This document shows, one piece after another, positions 1-13,079 of a stretch of 64,000 bases of DNA. Location: assembly GCA_951406725.2 (NCBI GenBank), contig OX597840.1, forward strand, positions 7,936,001 through 8,000,000, written 5' to 3'. Every line of letters starts with the position of its first letter. The first letter of the stretch is position 1. Under the pieces are notes generated by a model. The model made no database searches, was not told the DNA's origin, and was given only the letters and a program-made list of their open reading frames with translations. Source of the stretch: Octopus vulgaris. Taxonomy: Eukaryota. Both the position numbers and the translations under genes were made by a program.

Positions 1-743
1 TTCTTTTACCTCCTCCATTAGCCAATATTTTTTTTTGTTTTACTTTTTCCAAATTTGCAAACTTGTGAAGGCAGATAGTAAGACTTACAACATGATGACG
101 AAGACGACGACAAGGGGGATGGTGATGGTGGTGATGCCGATGATGATGATGACGGAAAGGGCGGCGTGGTGGTGGCGGTGGTGGTGACAGTCATGAGATG
201 TAATTAATGTTTCACTCACCCAACCACCCACTCTCCCCTCCTTGCTCTCCACGCACTCACAACCTCTCCTCCACCTGCCCATACACCAGTTTATTTGAAA
301 CTAATCCCAGCCTCTGCAGCCTTCCTCCTCCTCCTCCTCCCGTGATGTCCTTTACTTCTTCCTCCTCCCCCTCCCCCTCACGTGATCTTAAGTCGAGGTT
401 TTTTTTTTTGCTTTATTTAAAAAAAAAAAGACTCTTGTTACTTCCTTCCTTAATACCCACCCCTCTTCCATCCCGCACCGCCGTGTCACATGACAAATCC
501 CCCCCCCTCCAAGCACCCTAACCCATTACCTGCTTCTCACACACACACACACACAAGAAAAATAACGTCAGAGAAAAACATTTTTTAAAGTCAGTTGTCT
601 CCCCTTGACTTGTTGGCCGATAAACAGTTTTCACTTTTTCCTTACATTTCGCACACACATACATACTGGTGTATGTAATTGTTTGTGTGTGTGTGTGTAT
701 GTTTATATGTGTGTGTATGTATGCAATGTTCAGTACTCATTCT

Positions 744-1164
744 GGATCTTTTCGGTTTGAACGGCAGTTTTTTCTAGCGGTGTCATATGAAATTGTCACC
801 CATAATTATGACCCTAGTATCGATCTATTGCATTTCAATCTGTTTTAGGGTTAGGGTTAGGGGTGGGGGGAAGGGTATCTTTTTTTCTTCAGAAATGTAA
901 ATAAACCCAATCTGTTTCTTAAACGAGGGACATATTCATATGGCACAGAATGTTTTTTTTTTACCTCAATAGACGTCATTGATTGGTTGAAATTGCAGAA
1001 ATTGAAGAAAAAAAACAACAAATATCTTACAAACTATAGAGTTTTCTCAATAAAGCCAAGAGAAAAAGATGTTTTATAAACACATTCTACCAGTATACGA
1101 AGTTTAAAAGTGTTTAGTTACCTAGAAATTATGTTAAAAACTGCCCTTCAAACAGAAAAGACCC
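744..1164. mobile_element. Non-autonomous TIR DNA transposon (MITE), copy 1
   Basis: TIRs ggatcttttcggtttgaacggcagtttt / aaaactgcccttcaaacagaaaagaccc; 8-bp TSD ctcattct at 736-743 and 1165-1172; near-identical copy at 10832-11252. Confidence 0.85.
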
Positions 1165-1619
1165 CTCATTCTCACTGTTTGTCACTGACACACACACACA
1201 CATATATGTGTGGGTGTGTATGACTACATACATAGACGTAGATATATAACTTCATACATGTAAAGATATATATATAGTAGCCTAGTGTATGTGTATATAT
1301 TTATATATATGTGCGTGTGTATATATGTGGATGTATTGTTGTAGCTACATAATGTGATGTTTGTATAACTTTCCTGTAGAATGCAGAGCCAACATAAATA
1401 AACGACTAAATTTAATCTACCCCGGGTTAACTTTCTTCTTTAATTCACGGTTCGCAATCAAGAATTTCTCATGGATTAATGTTATGGCAGTGAAATGGGA
1501 GAATCAGAAGAGCACCAGACAAAATGCTTTGAGGATTCTTTCTTTTTTGTTTCTCTAAAGATTTGCTTAATCCTTTTAGTATTCAGATTAATCTGTCGTA
1601 TGTCTTGCAAACGACTTGC

Positions 1620-2290
1620 ACATCATGCAAGTGCTACCAGTCAAGAACTACACATACCTTGACTGTCATCAGCCAGGTTTTTCGTTGTCCACCACATCGC
1701 TTTCGCCAACCCTGAAGGGGAGCTGGGGCAATTGCTTCGTAGATGTATTCTCCTGGTTGACAACGGAGGGCATGACCCACCCAGCCAATGCAGACGTCTC
1801 GTTAGGATGACTTGTCGGAGGGAAGTGATTCTGCACTGGTGTCGCACCGAATTGTTGGAGACAGAGTGCACCACATCGCTTTCGCCAACACTGAAGGGGA
1901 GCTGGGGCAATTGCTTTGTAGATGCATTCTCCTGGTTGACGACGGAGGGCGTGACCCCAGCCAATGCAGACGTCTCGTTAGGATGACTTGTGGGAGGGAG
2001 GTGATTCTGCACTGGTGTCGCACCGAATTGTTGGAGACAGAGTGCACCACATCGCTTTCGCCAACTTTGAAGGGGAGCTGGGGCAATTGCTTCGTAGATG
2101 TATTCTCCTGGTTGACGACGGAGGGTGTGACCCCAGCCAACGCAGACGTTTCGTTAGGATGACTTGTCGGAGGGAGGTGATTCTGCACTGGTGTTGCACC
2201 GAATTATTGGAGACAAAGTGATGCCTTCGGACACGAAGGATGCGGCGTAGACAGAGGTGATCGAAGGATTCTAATTGCTTGCTTTTTATA
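1620..2290 (-). mobile_element. RTE-like LINE ORF2 C-terminal fragment with a tandem triplication of ~176-179 bp
   Basis: Minus-strand translation FDHLCLRRILRV...VSNNSV...VILTKRLRWLG resembles RTE ORF2 ends; unit starts (accacatcgc) at 1691, 1870 and 2046. Confidence 0.75.
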
Positions 2291-2509
2291 AGCAATTCTG
2301 AGGTTGCTTTAAAATAATTACCAGTCACACATATATCTAAGCATGGCTGTGTGGTTAAGACGTTTGCACTACAAGTATTGTGTGGCATCTGGCTCAATAC
2401 TACTTCTGTGCAGTACCTTGGGGAGGTGTCTTCTACTGTAGTCTTCAACTGACCAAAGCCATGTGAAAAGATTTGTCAGATAGAAACTGAAAGAAACCTG
2501 TTACAAGTA

Positions 2510-2551
<42 letters not shown>

Positions 2552-2665
2552 GGACACAGGTTCATGTGTCATATAGCTAGCTAGAGGCAATGGCCTCTTG
2601 GAGCTAATCAACAGCAGCTTTAGTCCTATATTTATGGACTGCCATATTAACTTGGTGATAACTGT

Positions 2666-2710
<45 letters not shown>

Positions 2711-3020
2711 TGGTCTCAATGAAATTTGAACTAAGATTGCACAGGGCTGGAACAGCTACCACAATTTATTTGCCTGATGCTCTTGGGATTCTGCCAATTT
2801 TCTCTGCCTTTATGCTTTATTTGTTGTTTCAATCATTGGACTGTGGCCTTGCTGGAGCACTACCATAAAGGGTTTTGCTGAACATATCGACTCCATTACT
2901 AACTTTGCTTCTAAAGTCTGGCACTTATTCTTTCAGTCTTTCTTGCTGAACAGCTAAGTCATGGGGACAAATGCATGCACATACACACACACACACACAT
3001 ATATATTTATATATATAGCA

Positions 3021-3357
3021 TGAAGGCGCATGGCTCAGTGGTTAGAGCGTCGAGCTTACGATCGTGAGGTTGTGAGTTCGATTCTCGGGCCGGGCTGCGA
3101 GTTGTGTTCTTGAGCAAGACACTTTATTTCACGTTGCTCCAGTTCACTCAGCTGTAGAAATGAGTTGCGACGTCACAGGTGCCAAGCTGTATCGGCCCCT
3201 TTGCCTTTCCCTTGGATAACACTGGTGGCATGGAGAGGGGAGGCTGGTATGCATGGATGAATGCTGGTCTTCCATAAACAACCTTGCCTGGACTTGTGCC
3301 TGGGAGGGTAACTTTCTAGGTTCAATCCCATTGTCATTTATGACCAAAGGGGGTCTT
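3021..3357 (+). mobile_element. tRNA-derived SINE (family C), inserted into a degenerate minus-strand family A SINE (~2820-3532)
   Basis: Pol III A/B-box head ggcgcatggctcagtggttagagcg...gagttcgattc, then ttgagcaagacactttatttcacgttgctccag; family A halves on both sides. Confidence 0.8.
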
Positions 3358-3734
3358 ATATATAGCAGGTTTCATACGGTTTCCATTAACCAAATTTACT
3401 CATGAGATATTGAATGGCCTAGGGCTATAATAGAATCCAAGCCACTTGCCCAAGATGCCATGCAGTGGGTCTGAACCCAAAACCATGTGGTTAGGAAGCA
3501 GATTTCTTAACCTCACAGCCATGCCTGTGCCTAATTAGTAATATGCTAATTATTTCATTATATGTGTAATATAATAATTATCACCACAGTGATATAACGA
3601 GATATACTAATAGGAGCCATCTCCAGAGAGCATTTCCAGAACTACATTATCTCATGTGTCCTTCCTTGCTGTAATCAAATATATTCCGAATGTGACAGTA
3701 ACAGCTTTCGTTTAGACATAGTATATCAACGACT

Positions 3735-4356
3735 GTGAAGATGCGTGGCCAAGTTGTAAGGCTGTTGCTCTCACAGCTGCTAGACTATGAGTTCGATTCC
3801 CAGGGTGGGTGATGTGCTGTGTTCTTGAGCAAAACACTTCATTTCATGTTGCTCCAGTCTTCTTTCAAACAGGGGGTTGTTATGTTCCTAACTCTAGTTT
3901 AATGATAACTAAGTTATTTTACTAAATTCTTTGCTATATTTAAAGCAATTAAAAGAAACACAGAGCATCTCAAAATAAATACAGTAACAAAAAGGGTTAA
4001 AGTGATTTAAATTAAAACTTCCCACCCAAATCTCATGTTACCTTATGTTCTAAACACCAGCTTAATAATCAATTTTACAATAAACATAAGAGTGGAGGTG
4101 CATGGCTCAGTGGTTAGGGTGTTGCACTCATGATAATAAGGTTGTGGTCTTGATTCCTTGACTGAGCAATACATTGTGTTCCTGAGCAAAACACTTCATT
4201 TCACGTTGCTCCAGTCTCCTTTTGACCAGAGGGTTGTTATATTCCTAACACTAGCTGAATGATAACTAAGTTATTCTACTAAATTCTTTGTTATATTTAA
4301 AGTAATTGAAAGAAACACAGAGCATCTCAACAGAAATACAATAACGAAAGGGTTAA
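3735..4356 (+). repeat. Two-copy composite: SINE C head fused to an element end terminating in aaagggttaa (piggyBac-like terminus)
   Basis: ~3735-4000 and ~4095-4356 align; both end in GGG-TTAA. Confidence 0.55.
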
Positions 4357-5633
4357 GCACTGGGGTTGATGTAATCAACTATACCCCTTCCCCAAATTGC
4401 TGGCCTTGTACCAAAATTTGAAATCAATATGACTAATGCTTTGGAGAAATGCATGATTGTCTCAAATTCCATTCCAAATGTCAAGCATTGATGAAAAATG
4501 TTCATTTTTCAAGAATTCAAATTCCATATACAACCCATGCTAGCATGGAAAGCAGACGTTAAACAATAATGATGATGAGGTCGACTTTGCCTTTCATCCT
4601 TTCGGGATCGATTAAATAAGTTTGAGCTACACACTGGGGTCGATGTAATTGACTTAATCTGTTTGTCTGTCCTTGTTTGTCCTCTAGGTGCTTAGCCCTT
4701 TGTGGGTAGTAAAGAAACAGATAATGATGATGATGAGTACTGGACCAGACATCTGGCAAGCTTGGGGCCAGAAGTGGCCCAGATTTCTGGATCTTTTGGT
4801 TTTCTATTCAGCATTAAAACTGGTCACATCTGGACCAAATATTCTGTTTTATGTTCAAACTGACCAGATATGGTCTGAAGGTATTGGAACCAAGGTACCG
4901 ATGGATACAAGATGGAGATGATAGAAGTCTTTGATCCAAGATAGAGAGGATGCAGCCAACTACTTCAGAGAAAAAAAACAGAGACAGTAAAAGATGTTAA
5001 GTACTTTAGAGTCAAGATAAAGATGGTGCAAGACCTGGAGTAGAGAGAGGGAGAAAGAAAGAGAGAGAGAGAGAGTGTGTGTGTGTGTGTCTAAGACTTT
5101 ACATGTTGGAGCCAAAAGAGATGAAACAAGGATTTTGGAGCAAAGATAGGGAGGTGCGAGCAAGTATTCTGGAACCAAGATACCTAGTTCAAGTATTTTG
5201 GAGTGGAGCTGCAGCTAGTACAAGACATTGATTCAAGACAGAGACAGAGAATGGTAGCTCAGAAAAGCAAGAACTACTGTAGTGGATATAGAAGAAAGTG
5301 GGGAATGACTTGGTATTTTAGTGGGCATAGGGCTGGCTACCCGGTTTCCATGGTAACAAGTGACCATGATCAGAACATGCTCCCTGAATAGTATGACAAG
5401 TCATGGCAGGGTTACTCATTTACAGCTCAGTCGGCTAAAGCAAGGTAAAATGAAGTATTTTACACAAGAACACTATGCACCCTCAGTACTCGAAGGATGT
5501 TGTGATCGTCAATGCAACATCCTTACAGCTACTCCACGTGCTTTCACTGGAGGAGATGCCATTGATGGATTTCCATGTTTGGGGAAGATTCAGCTGTTAT
5601 TTTCACCTGGATACATGACCATGTAGTGATTAC

Positions 5634-5855
5634 GGTACTATTTTAGAAGAGTGGTCCTGGTGCGCGCACTCGCGCTAGCTAGTCGTGACTAGTCGATCCT
5701 ACAACGACTACCTAGCAGAGTAAATAAAACACAAAATAAATAATGTTTTTAAAACAAAGTAAATAAAACACAAAAACACAAAGGATCGACTAGTCACGTC
5801 TAGCTAGCGCAATGCGCGAGTACGCGCACCGGGACCACTCTTCTTAAATAGTACC
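5634..5855. mobile_element. Palindromic MITE with GGTAC termini and 8-bp TSD (Merlin-like)
   Basis: ~65-75 bp imperfect inverted arms ggtactatttt...gatcct / aggatc...aaatagtacc; TSD gtgattac at 5626-5633 and 5856-5863. Confidence 0.85.
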
Positions 5856-6112
5856 GTGATTACTTTGTTTCTCAAGGGATTACTGATGAGTGCCATCAGA
5901 GAACAGAAGCTTTATCAAGGACCACAGAGGAAGAATACATAAATTTCTATAGAACTGGGACGGGTTCTTGTAGACAGAAAGACTGAGGAGCTTGTTTTTG
6001 AAGGTGGATAACGGAAAATGTAAAGTTGGATTTGAAGGAGATTTGGCTATTAGTATCTGTATAATACAGCGTGGAGTAATCAGCGCGAGAACAAAGCAAG
6101 GTTGAATTTATA

Positions 6113-6341
6113 AAATAAATGTTCCTTCTTGAGCCATGCCAGGCTCATAAGGGCCGGTTTCCCGGTTTCAGAGGCGTAGAAATTCCCCACCTGGACAAGA
6201 TGCCGGTCCGTCGCAACCTGGAGCAACCTGAAAATGAAGTGTTTTGCTCAAGAACACAACGCATTGCCCAGTCCAGGAATCGAAACAACAACCTTACGAT
6301 CATGAGTTCAATACCCTAACCACTAAGCCGCGCACCTCCAC
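6113..6341 (-). mobile_element. tRNA-derived SINE (family C) with 14-bp TSD
   Basis: TSD aggttgaatttata at 6099-6112 and 6342-6355; tRNA-like head on minus strand. Confidence 0.8.
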
Positions 6342-6378
6342 AGGTTGAATTTATAGGATACTGAAAAAATATATATAT

Positions 6379-6795
6379 AGGCGCAGGAGAGGCTGTGTGG
6401 TAAGTAGCTTACTTATCAACCACATGGTTCCAGGTTCAGTCTCACCCTGGGCAAGTGTCTTCTACTATAGCCTTGGGCCGACCAAAGCCTTGTGAGTGGA
6501 TTTGGTAGATAGAAACTGAAAGAAGCCTGACGTAGATATGTATAAATGTATGTGTATATATATATATATATATATAGTGTGTGTGTGTGTGTTTGTCCCC
6601 CCCCCCCCCAACATCGCTTTACAACCGAGCCTGGTGTGTTTACATCCCCGTAACTTAGCAGTTCGACAAAAGAGATCGATAGAATAAGTACTAGGCTTAC
6701 AAAGAATAAGTCCTGGGGTCGATTTGCTCGACTAAAGGCGGTGCTCCAGCATTGCCGCAGTCAAATGCCCGAAACAAGTAAAAGAGTAAAAGAGA
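6379..6795 (+). mobile_element. SINE family A, full length
   Basis: Head ggcgcaggag.ggctgtgtggtaag, CORE-like gggcaagtgtctt, internal (TA)/(TG) tract, tail gaaacaagtaaaagagtaaaagag; many copies in the window. Confidence 0.85.
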
Positions 6796-7913
6796 ATATA
6801 TACAAGGGAGGTAACTACAATATTTTTAGTAATCCCCCTCCCGCGATTCTACGGCATAACGAGCGTACCACAGAAAATGTAAATTTGGATTTGAAGTAGA
6901 TCTGGCTACTATTTCTAGCTGGTTGGTCAGCGCACTTAGTAACTGAATAATACACGGGGAAATAATCAGAGTTGAGAACAAAGCAAAGTTGATTTTTGTA
7001 GGATACCTTAAGAAAAAAAAAAGACACAAGGGAGGTAACTACAATATTTAGCTGACTCCCTCCCGCGATTCTATGACGAGTGGGTTTCGTTAGAGTGGAC
7101 ACCGGAGAACCTGAAAATAGCAGCTAATTTTTGTTTTCAAACCTCTATCGTATTGGATAATGTAGTCCAGACTATGCAATTCTAGGAAATAAACTGGGAT
7201 GGTCACGGTAAGAACGGGTCTAACAATAGAACACAAACAGCCACTATCATTGTAAATTTCTAGAAGTATAGACGTGGTGGTCATGGAGGGGGAGGCAGTG
7301 GTTTTGTTCTTTTCATATTTTTGGCTCAAATTTTGCTGATGAGGTGGGGGGGTCATAGTGGCGGTGGTGGTAGAGTGATTTTCTTGTTTAGCCCCAGGTA
7401 AGTCCTAATTGAGTAGCTCTATGATCAAAGCTGTTTCCAACCTTGACCATCCCTTCTTAGTCAGATATAATGTATCTAGAACCACATTATCTCACGTGTC
7501 CATCCTTTTATTTTATATTATTATTATTTTTTGTAGCCCCTGGTCAGACTTGATCCAAGAGACATATGACCGGAGGCGTTCCAGCCATGGCCACCATTGT
7601 CTTTTACACAGACCTGTGCGAATTATCATTCCTCGAGGCTTCAACACCTGATGAAGATTATATCGTTGCTTAATCTCCATTTTCTATGCCACTAAGGGTT
7701 GAATGGTTAGACAGGAGCCAACGAGCCAGGGGACTGTGCCAAAATCCACTTTCACCATTTCACACACACACAAAATTTTCAGGATCTGATAGCTATAACC
7801 TAGATGGAAGGGTCAACTTGTTCTTTGTGAAGAATTCTAAAGTGTTAAATTTTACTTTTAATTCACCTGAATTAAATCCCATTAACAGAAAAAAAAAAAA
7901 AAACCAGTCTGCT

Positions 7914-8076
7914 AGGCGCAGGAGTGGCTGTGTGGTAAGTAGCTTGCTAACCAACCACATGGTTCTGGGTTCAGTCCCACTGCGTGGCATCTTAGGCAAG
8001 TGTCTTCTGCTATAGCCCCGGGCCGACCAATGCCTTGTGAGTGGATTTGGTAGACGGAAACTGAAAGAAGCCTGTC

Positions 8077-8130
<54 letters not shown>

Positions 8131-8340
8131 ATGTGTGTGTCTGTGTTTGTCCCCCTAGCATTGCTTGACAACCGATGCTGGTGTGTTTACGTCCCCGTCA
8201 CCTAGCGGTTCGGCAAAAGAGACCGATAGAATAAGTACTGGGCTTACAAAGAATAAGTCCCGGGGTCGATTTGCTCGACTGAAGGCGGTGCTCCAGCATG
8301 GCCGCAGTCATATGACTGAAACAAGTAAAAGAGTAAAGAG
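7914..8340 (+). mobile_element. SINE family A, full length
   Basis: Same head, body and tail as 6379-6795. Confidence 0.85.
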
Positions 8341-9000
8341 TGTAAAAACAAATGTGTAGGAAACGAATGTGAAAAAAAAAATTGCTCAAACGAACGGACT
8401 GTCGGAAAATTCACACGATCCGGTTTTTTTCCCGCCTCATAACTTTCAGGAAAACGGATATCTTTTAGTGAAATTTGTACAGAAACACCTTTCAAACAGA
8501 ATAGATTATAAGGAAATTTGTGGGGATATATTTTTCCAAATGGGTGGGGAGAAGACTGTCCGAAAGATCACACTGTCCGTTTTTCTTCCTCGTAACTTTT
8601 AGGATCTAGTTTAGCGCCCGGTCACCAAAACGAAAAAAAAAAGCTATCTAATAGGTGTAAAAAGATGTGTAGAAGACAAATATAGGAAAAAATATTGAAG
8701 AAAAGTGGGGGTGGGGAAGAGGACTTTCGGAAAATTCACAAGATCCGATTTTTCCCTCATAACTTTCAGGAAAATGGATATCTGTTAGTGAAATTTTACA
8801 GAAATACTTTTCAAACAGCATAGATTACGATTATAAAGAAATTTGTGGGGGGAAATGTTTTCCGAAGGGAGGGGGGGACTGTCAGAAAGTTCACACGATC
8901 TATTTTTTTCCCTTCATAACTTTCGGGATATAGTTTAGCGCCCGGTCACCAAAGCAAAGACACAAAAAACAGTCTAATAGGTGTAAAAAACGTAGAAAAA
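8340..9000. repeat. Two-unit tandem duplication (~330 bp units) of an unclassified repeat
   Basis: Repeated blocks cggaaaattcaca, ctcataactttcaggaaaa and tagtttagcgcccggtcaccaaa. Confidence 0.7.
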
Positions 9001-9927
9001 GAGTGTACATACCTTCTTCTTGGTTGGTTCGTCTTGACGGCAACGATTCCAGAGAGAGGGAATTAAAACTTGGCTACCTCCCACCCCACACCCGTTCGCT
9101 TACATAAATTACTTTTTCATAATAATGTATTCTACACGTTTTATTTTTATACCTAGTAGGCTGGGTTTTTTTTGTTAGTTTTTTTTTTTGAACGAGTCTC
9201 AAACTATATATTGACCGAAAAAACTATCTTTTTTTCTTTCCCGTGAAGTATGGGTCTTCGAGGGGACAGCTATTCCGAAAGAACTATAAAAACTATTAAG
9301 AAAAAAAGAACACCAAAAAGAGACAAAAAGAATTAGAAAGAAACAAACGAAACATATGACAAACCTTGTCTGTGAATCTTGTGGCTGATGGATTTTCTTG
9401 GAATTTCTTGTCAATGGTTTTGGAGTCCAACTCAAGTTTTCAGAATTTATTCTCGCCTCGTTTTCTACACGCCAAACGTGTTCAATTTTCAGATATTTCT
9501 CCTACTTTCATTTCATTAGTAGTAATAAATCATAAAATAATTATTTCCCCCAGCGTGTAAGAAATGGTTTTCTTCGACGTCGATGGAAGCGTGACATTAC
9601 AATACATTCGGGAGAAGAGTGACAAATCCATGGAAGATAACTCTAGCAAGGCAGTTAACTTGAAGTTACTTCCCTTGTTTTAATTACACCTTCTTAAGGA
9701 ATTAATTATCATATTTCCTAAAGAGCGTACCTGTGTGTTTAAAAAACGTATTTTAATATTTTGCCCCTCGAAAGCATTTTTATAAGTTTGTTGTTCATCC
9801 TAAATATCCAGATCTGTTTTCAGACTTCTAGTTAGCTTTTATTTCGTACGTTTTGATCTATCAAAATCTTTCTTTTCCATAAGTCTCAAATTATTCTGGT
9901 GGTTAGAAAAAAAATTGGTAAAGTATA

Positions 9928-10345
9928 CCTATTTCTTTACTATCCACAAGGGGCTAAACGCAGAGAGTGCAAACAAGGACAGACAAACGGATTTAGTCGG
10001 TTACATCTACTCCAGTGCGTAACTGGTACTTATTTAATGGACCCCGAAAGGATGAAAGGCAAAGTCGACCTCAGCAGAATTTGAACTCAGAACGTAGTGG
10101 CAGACGAAATACCTATTTCTTTACTACCCACAAGGAGCTAAACACAGTGGGGACAAACAGGGACAGATAAACGTATTGAGTCGGTTACATCGACTCCAGT
10201 GCGTAACTGGTGCTTATTTAATCAAGCCCCGAAAGGATGAAAGGCAAAGTCGGCCTCGGCGGAATTCGAACTCAGAACGTAGCGGCAGACGAAATACTGC
10301 TTAGCATTTCGCCCGGCGTGCTAGCGTTTCTGCCAGCTCGCCGCC
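9928..10345 (-). mobile_element. SINE family B (Nin-domain-like): one head plus two body units, with TSD
   Basis: Core gcctttcatcctttcggggtc...aagtacca; TSD ttggtaaagtata at 9915-9927 and 10346-10358. Confidence 0.85.
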
Positions 10346-10831
10346 TTGGTAAAGTATATCATACACCTTTAGACTGGTCAGCCTTAAAGCATGGCCACAC
10401 TGGGCTGTAACCTAAGGGGCCTCACTGATCTATGTATGCATTCGCTTACTGTCAATAGAAATACTATAGGGTCCAGCACGTTGATTTGCACAGGGAACAA
10501 CATCATTAAAATTTACCCTGTATATCACGTGACACACAGATAGGCAAAAGGTCAAACGATGATAAAGAAAGGCACATAAAATTCGTGTTGTCCTAGGTAT
10601 ACTATATCTGAAGGTAATACGGGACCGTCATGGCTGGAACACCTTTGATTATTCGTTCACTCAGCTATGCTGACCTAAACTTAATCCTCAGCCTATCCAA
10701 AATATTTTCATTCGTTTGTCCTAAATTTATTTTATTTTATTTATCTTATCTAGTTTCAGCTCACGAGCTGTGGCCATGCTGGGGCACCGCCATTGTCTAT
10801 GCTTTTTTCAAACTTTTAGTTATTCTTTGCT

Positions 10832-11252
10832 GGATCTTTTCGGTTTGAACGGCAGTTTTTTTCTGGCGGTGTCATATGAAATTGTCACCCATAATTATGA
10901 CCCTAGAATCGATCTATAGCATTTCAATCTGTTTTATGGTTAAGGATGGGGGAAAGGGTATCTTTTCTTTCTTCAGAAATGTAAATAAACCCAATCTGTT
11001 TCTTAAACGAGGGACATAGTCATACGGCACAGAATGTTTTTTTACCTCAATAGACGTCATTGATTGGTTGAAATTGCAGAAATTGAAGGAAAAAACAACA
11101 ACAAATATCTTACAAGCTATAGAATTTTCTCAATAAAGAAAGCCAAGAGAAAAAGATGTTTTATAAACACATTCTACCAGTATACAAAGTTTAAAAGTGT
11201 TTAGTTACGTGGAAATTATTTTTAAAAACTGCCGTTCAAATCGAAAAGATCC
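10832..11252. mobile_element. Non-autonomous TIR DNA transposon (MITE), copy 2
   Basis: TIRs ggatcttttcggtttgaacggcag / ctgccgttcaaatcgaaaagatcc; matches 744-1164. Confidence 0.85.
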
Positions 11253-11656
11253 AAGCTTTACTTTCATAAACCCCATGTTACACTGACAGTTGAATAAAGA
11301 TTGGGAATCCGCATCACATGTGGTACACATGTAGCAGAAGTGATTTACACAGTCATTATGTGTGAGATGTTTTGGTTATGTGTTATCTACACTTAAATAC
11401 CCGGATATCGGCTCCACAGCCCTTTTTGTACAAGCAGGTGACATGACCTCATGATTAGCCAAAATTGTTGTTTGTATTGGTCAGTTTCCAGCCTTCCAAT
11501 CATGTTGGCACAACAGTTCATTTTTCCTTACGCTGGAAATTAATCACCAGCTCCTGGGAGCCTTCTGATCTCTGTAAGAACGATAGTTCTCGACTGCTCT
11601 AGGTCTTTGGCAGACACCACTGACCACAAGCAACTCATCATTTATATATATATATA

Positions 11657-13066
11657 TAATGAAATTATTGTATACAGTGCTCAGGTACACCACAACTTGT
11701 TAAAAGTGCATATAAAACATATGCAGTAATGTACAAATGTCTGGAAAGCGAACAATGTATGAGTCAGATACATGCTTGTGTGTGTATGGAGAGGAGAAAA
11801 TCAGGTGTAGTGTTGGCGAATCTCAGGAAGCATGGAAGTTTTGAAGGATGCAGTGCTCCGACAACTAACAACTGATGCCAGCAGTTTGTTCCATGCTTCA
11901 GCAACTCTCAGCGTGAAAAAATGTTTCCGAAAGAAAATTTAATTATTTTAATAATAATGAAATTATTGTATACAGTGCTCAGGTGCACCACAACTTGTCA
12001 GAAAGTGTGTATAAAACATATGCAGTAATGTACAAATGTCTGGAAAGTGAACAGTGTATGAGTCAGATACATGCTTGCTTGTGTATGGAGGGAGAAAATC
12101 AGGTGAAGTGTTGGCGAATCTCAGGAAGCATGGAAGCTTCGTAGGATGCAGTGCTCCGACAGCTAACAACTGATGCCGGCAGTTTGTTCCATGCTTCAGC
12201 AACTCTTAGCGTGAAAAAATGTTTCCGAAAGAAAATTTAATTATTTTAATAATAATGAAATTATTGTATACAGTGCTCAGGTGCACCACAACTTGTCAGA
12301 AATGCATATAAAGCATATGCAGTAATGTACAAATGTCTGGAAAGGGAACAGTGTATGAGTCAGATACATGCTTGCGTGTGTATGGAGGGGGAGAAAATCA
12401 GGTGTAGTGTTAGCGAATCTCAGGAAGCATGGAAGTTTTGAAGGATGCAGTGCTCCGACAACTAACAACAGATGCTGGCAGTTTGTTCCAGGCTTCAGCA
12501 ACTCTTAGAGTGAAAAAATGTTTCCGAAAGAAAATTTAATTATTTTAATAATAATAATAATGAAATTATTGTATACAGTGCTCAGGTGCACCACAACTTG
12601 TCAGAAAGTGTGTATAAAGTATATGCAGTAATGTACAAATGTCTGGAAAGGGAACAGTGTATGAGTCAGATACATGCTTGCGTGTGTATGGAGGGGAGAA
12701 AATCAGGTGTAGTGTTAGCGAATCTCAGGAAGCATGGAAGTTTTGAAGGATGCAGTGCTCCGACAACTAACAACAGATGCTGGCAGTTTGTTCCATGCTT
12801 CAGCAACTCTTAGCGTGAAAAAATGTTTCCGAAAGTCATGGGAGCTGTGCTGTTTTCTGACTTTGTAAATATGTCCACAGATGTTAGATGGGTGGAGTTT
12901 GAAAAGGTGCTCAGAGTTATTGTTTGTAAGATGGTTAATAATTTTATGGGGGTCTGCCAAGTCAGCTGCCAGACGTCGGAGTTTCAATGTATCCATGCCA
13001 AGGGAAGTAAGGCGTTCAGAATATGGCAAATACCTGATGGAGAGTATTCTCTTGGTTGCACGTCGC
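11657..13066 (-). mobile_element. CR1-type LINE 3' end with three extra tandem copies of its terminal ~300 bp
   Basis: ORF 12715-13029 PYSERLTSLGMDTLKLRR...FFTLRVAEAWNKLP; units start near 11657, 11953, 12250 and 12555. Confidence 0.85.
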
Positions 13067-13079
13067 TATATATGCATAA

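Noticed and set aside
845-862. Telomeric TTAGGG repeats
   Set aside because: Only three units, inside a MITE; not a telomere
1691-2220. Regular repeat array, considered as CRISPR-like or a repeat protein
   Set aside because: Units are contiguous with no unique spacers, are not multiples of 3, and derive from a LINE ORF2 end
3021-3095. tRNA-like sequence
   Set aside because: Continues into a SINE body and has several diverged copies, so it is a SINE head and not a tRNA gene
7793-8161. Recurrent ORFs such as WSARGYSRRHLPK and LLSVSVYQIHSQG
   Set aside because: Antisense translations of SINE family A, not a protein family
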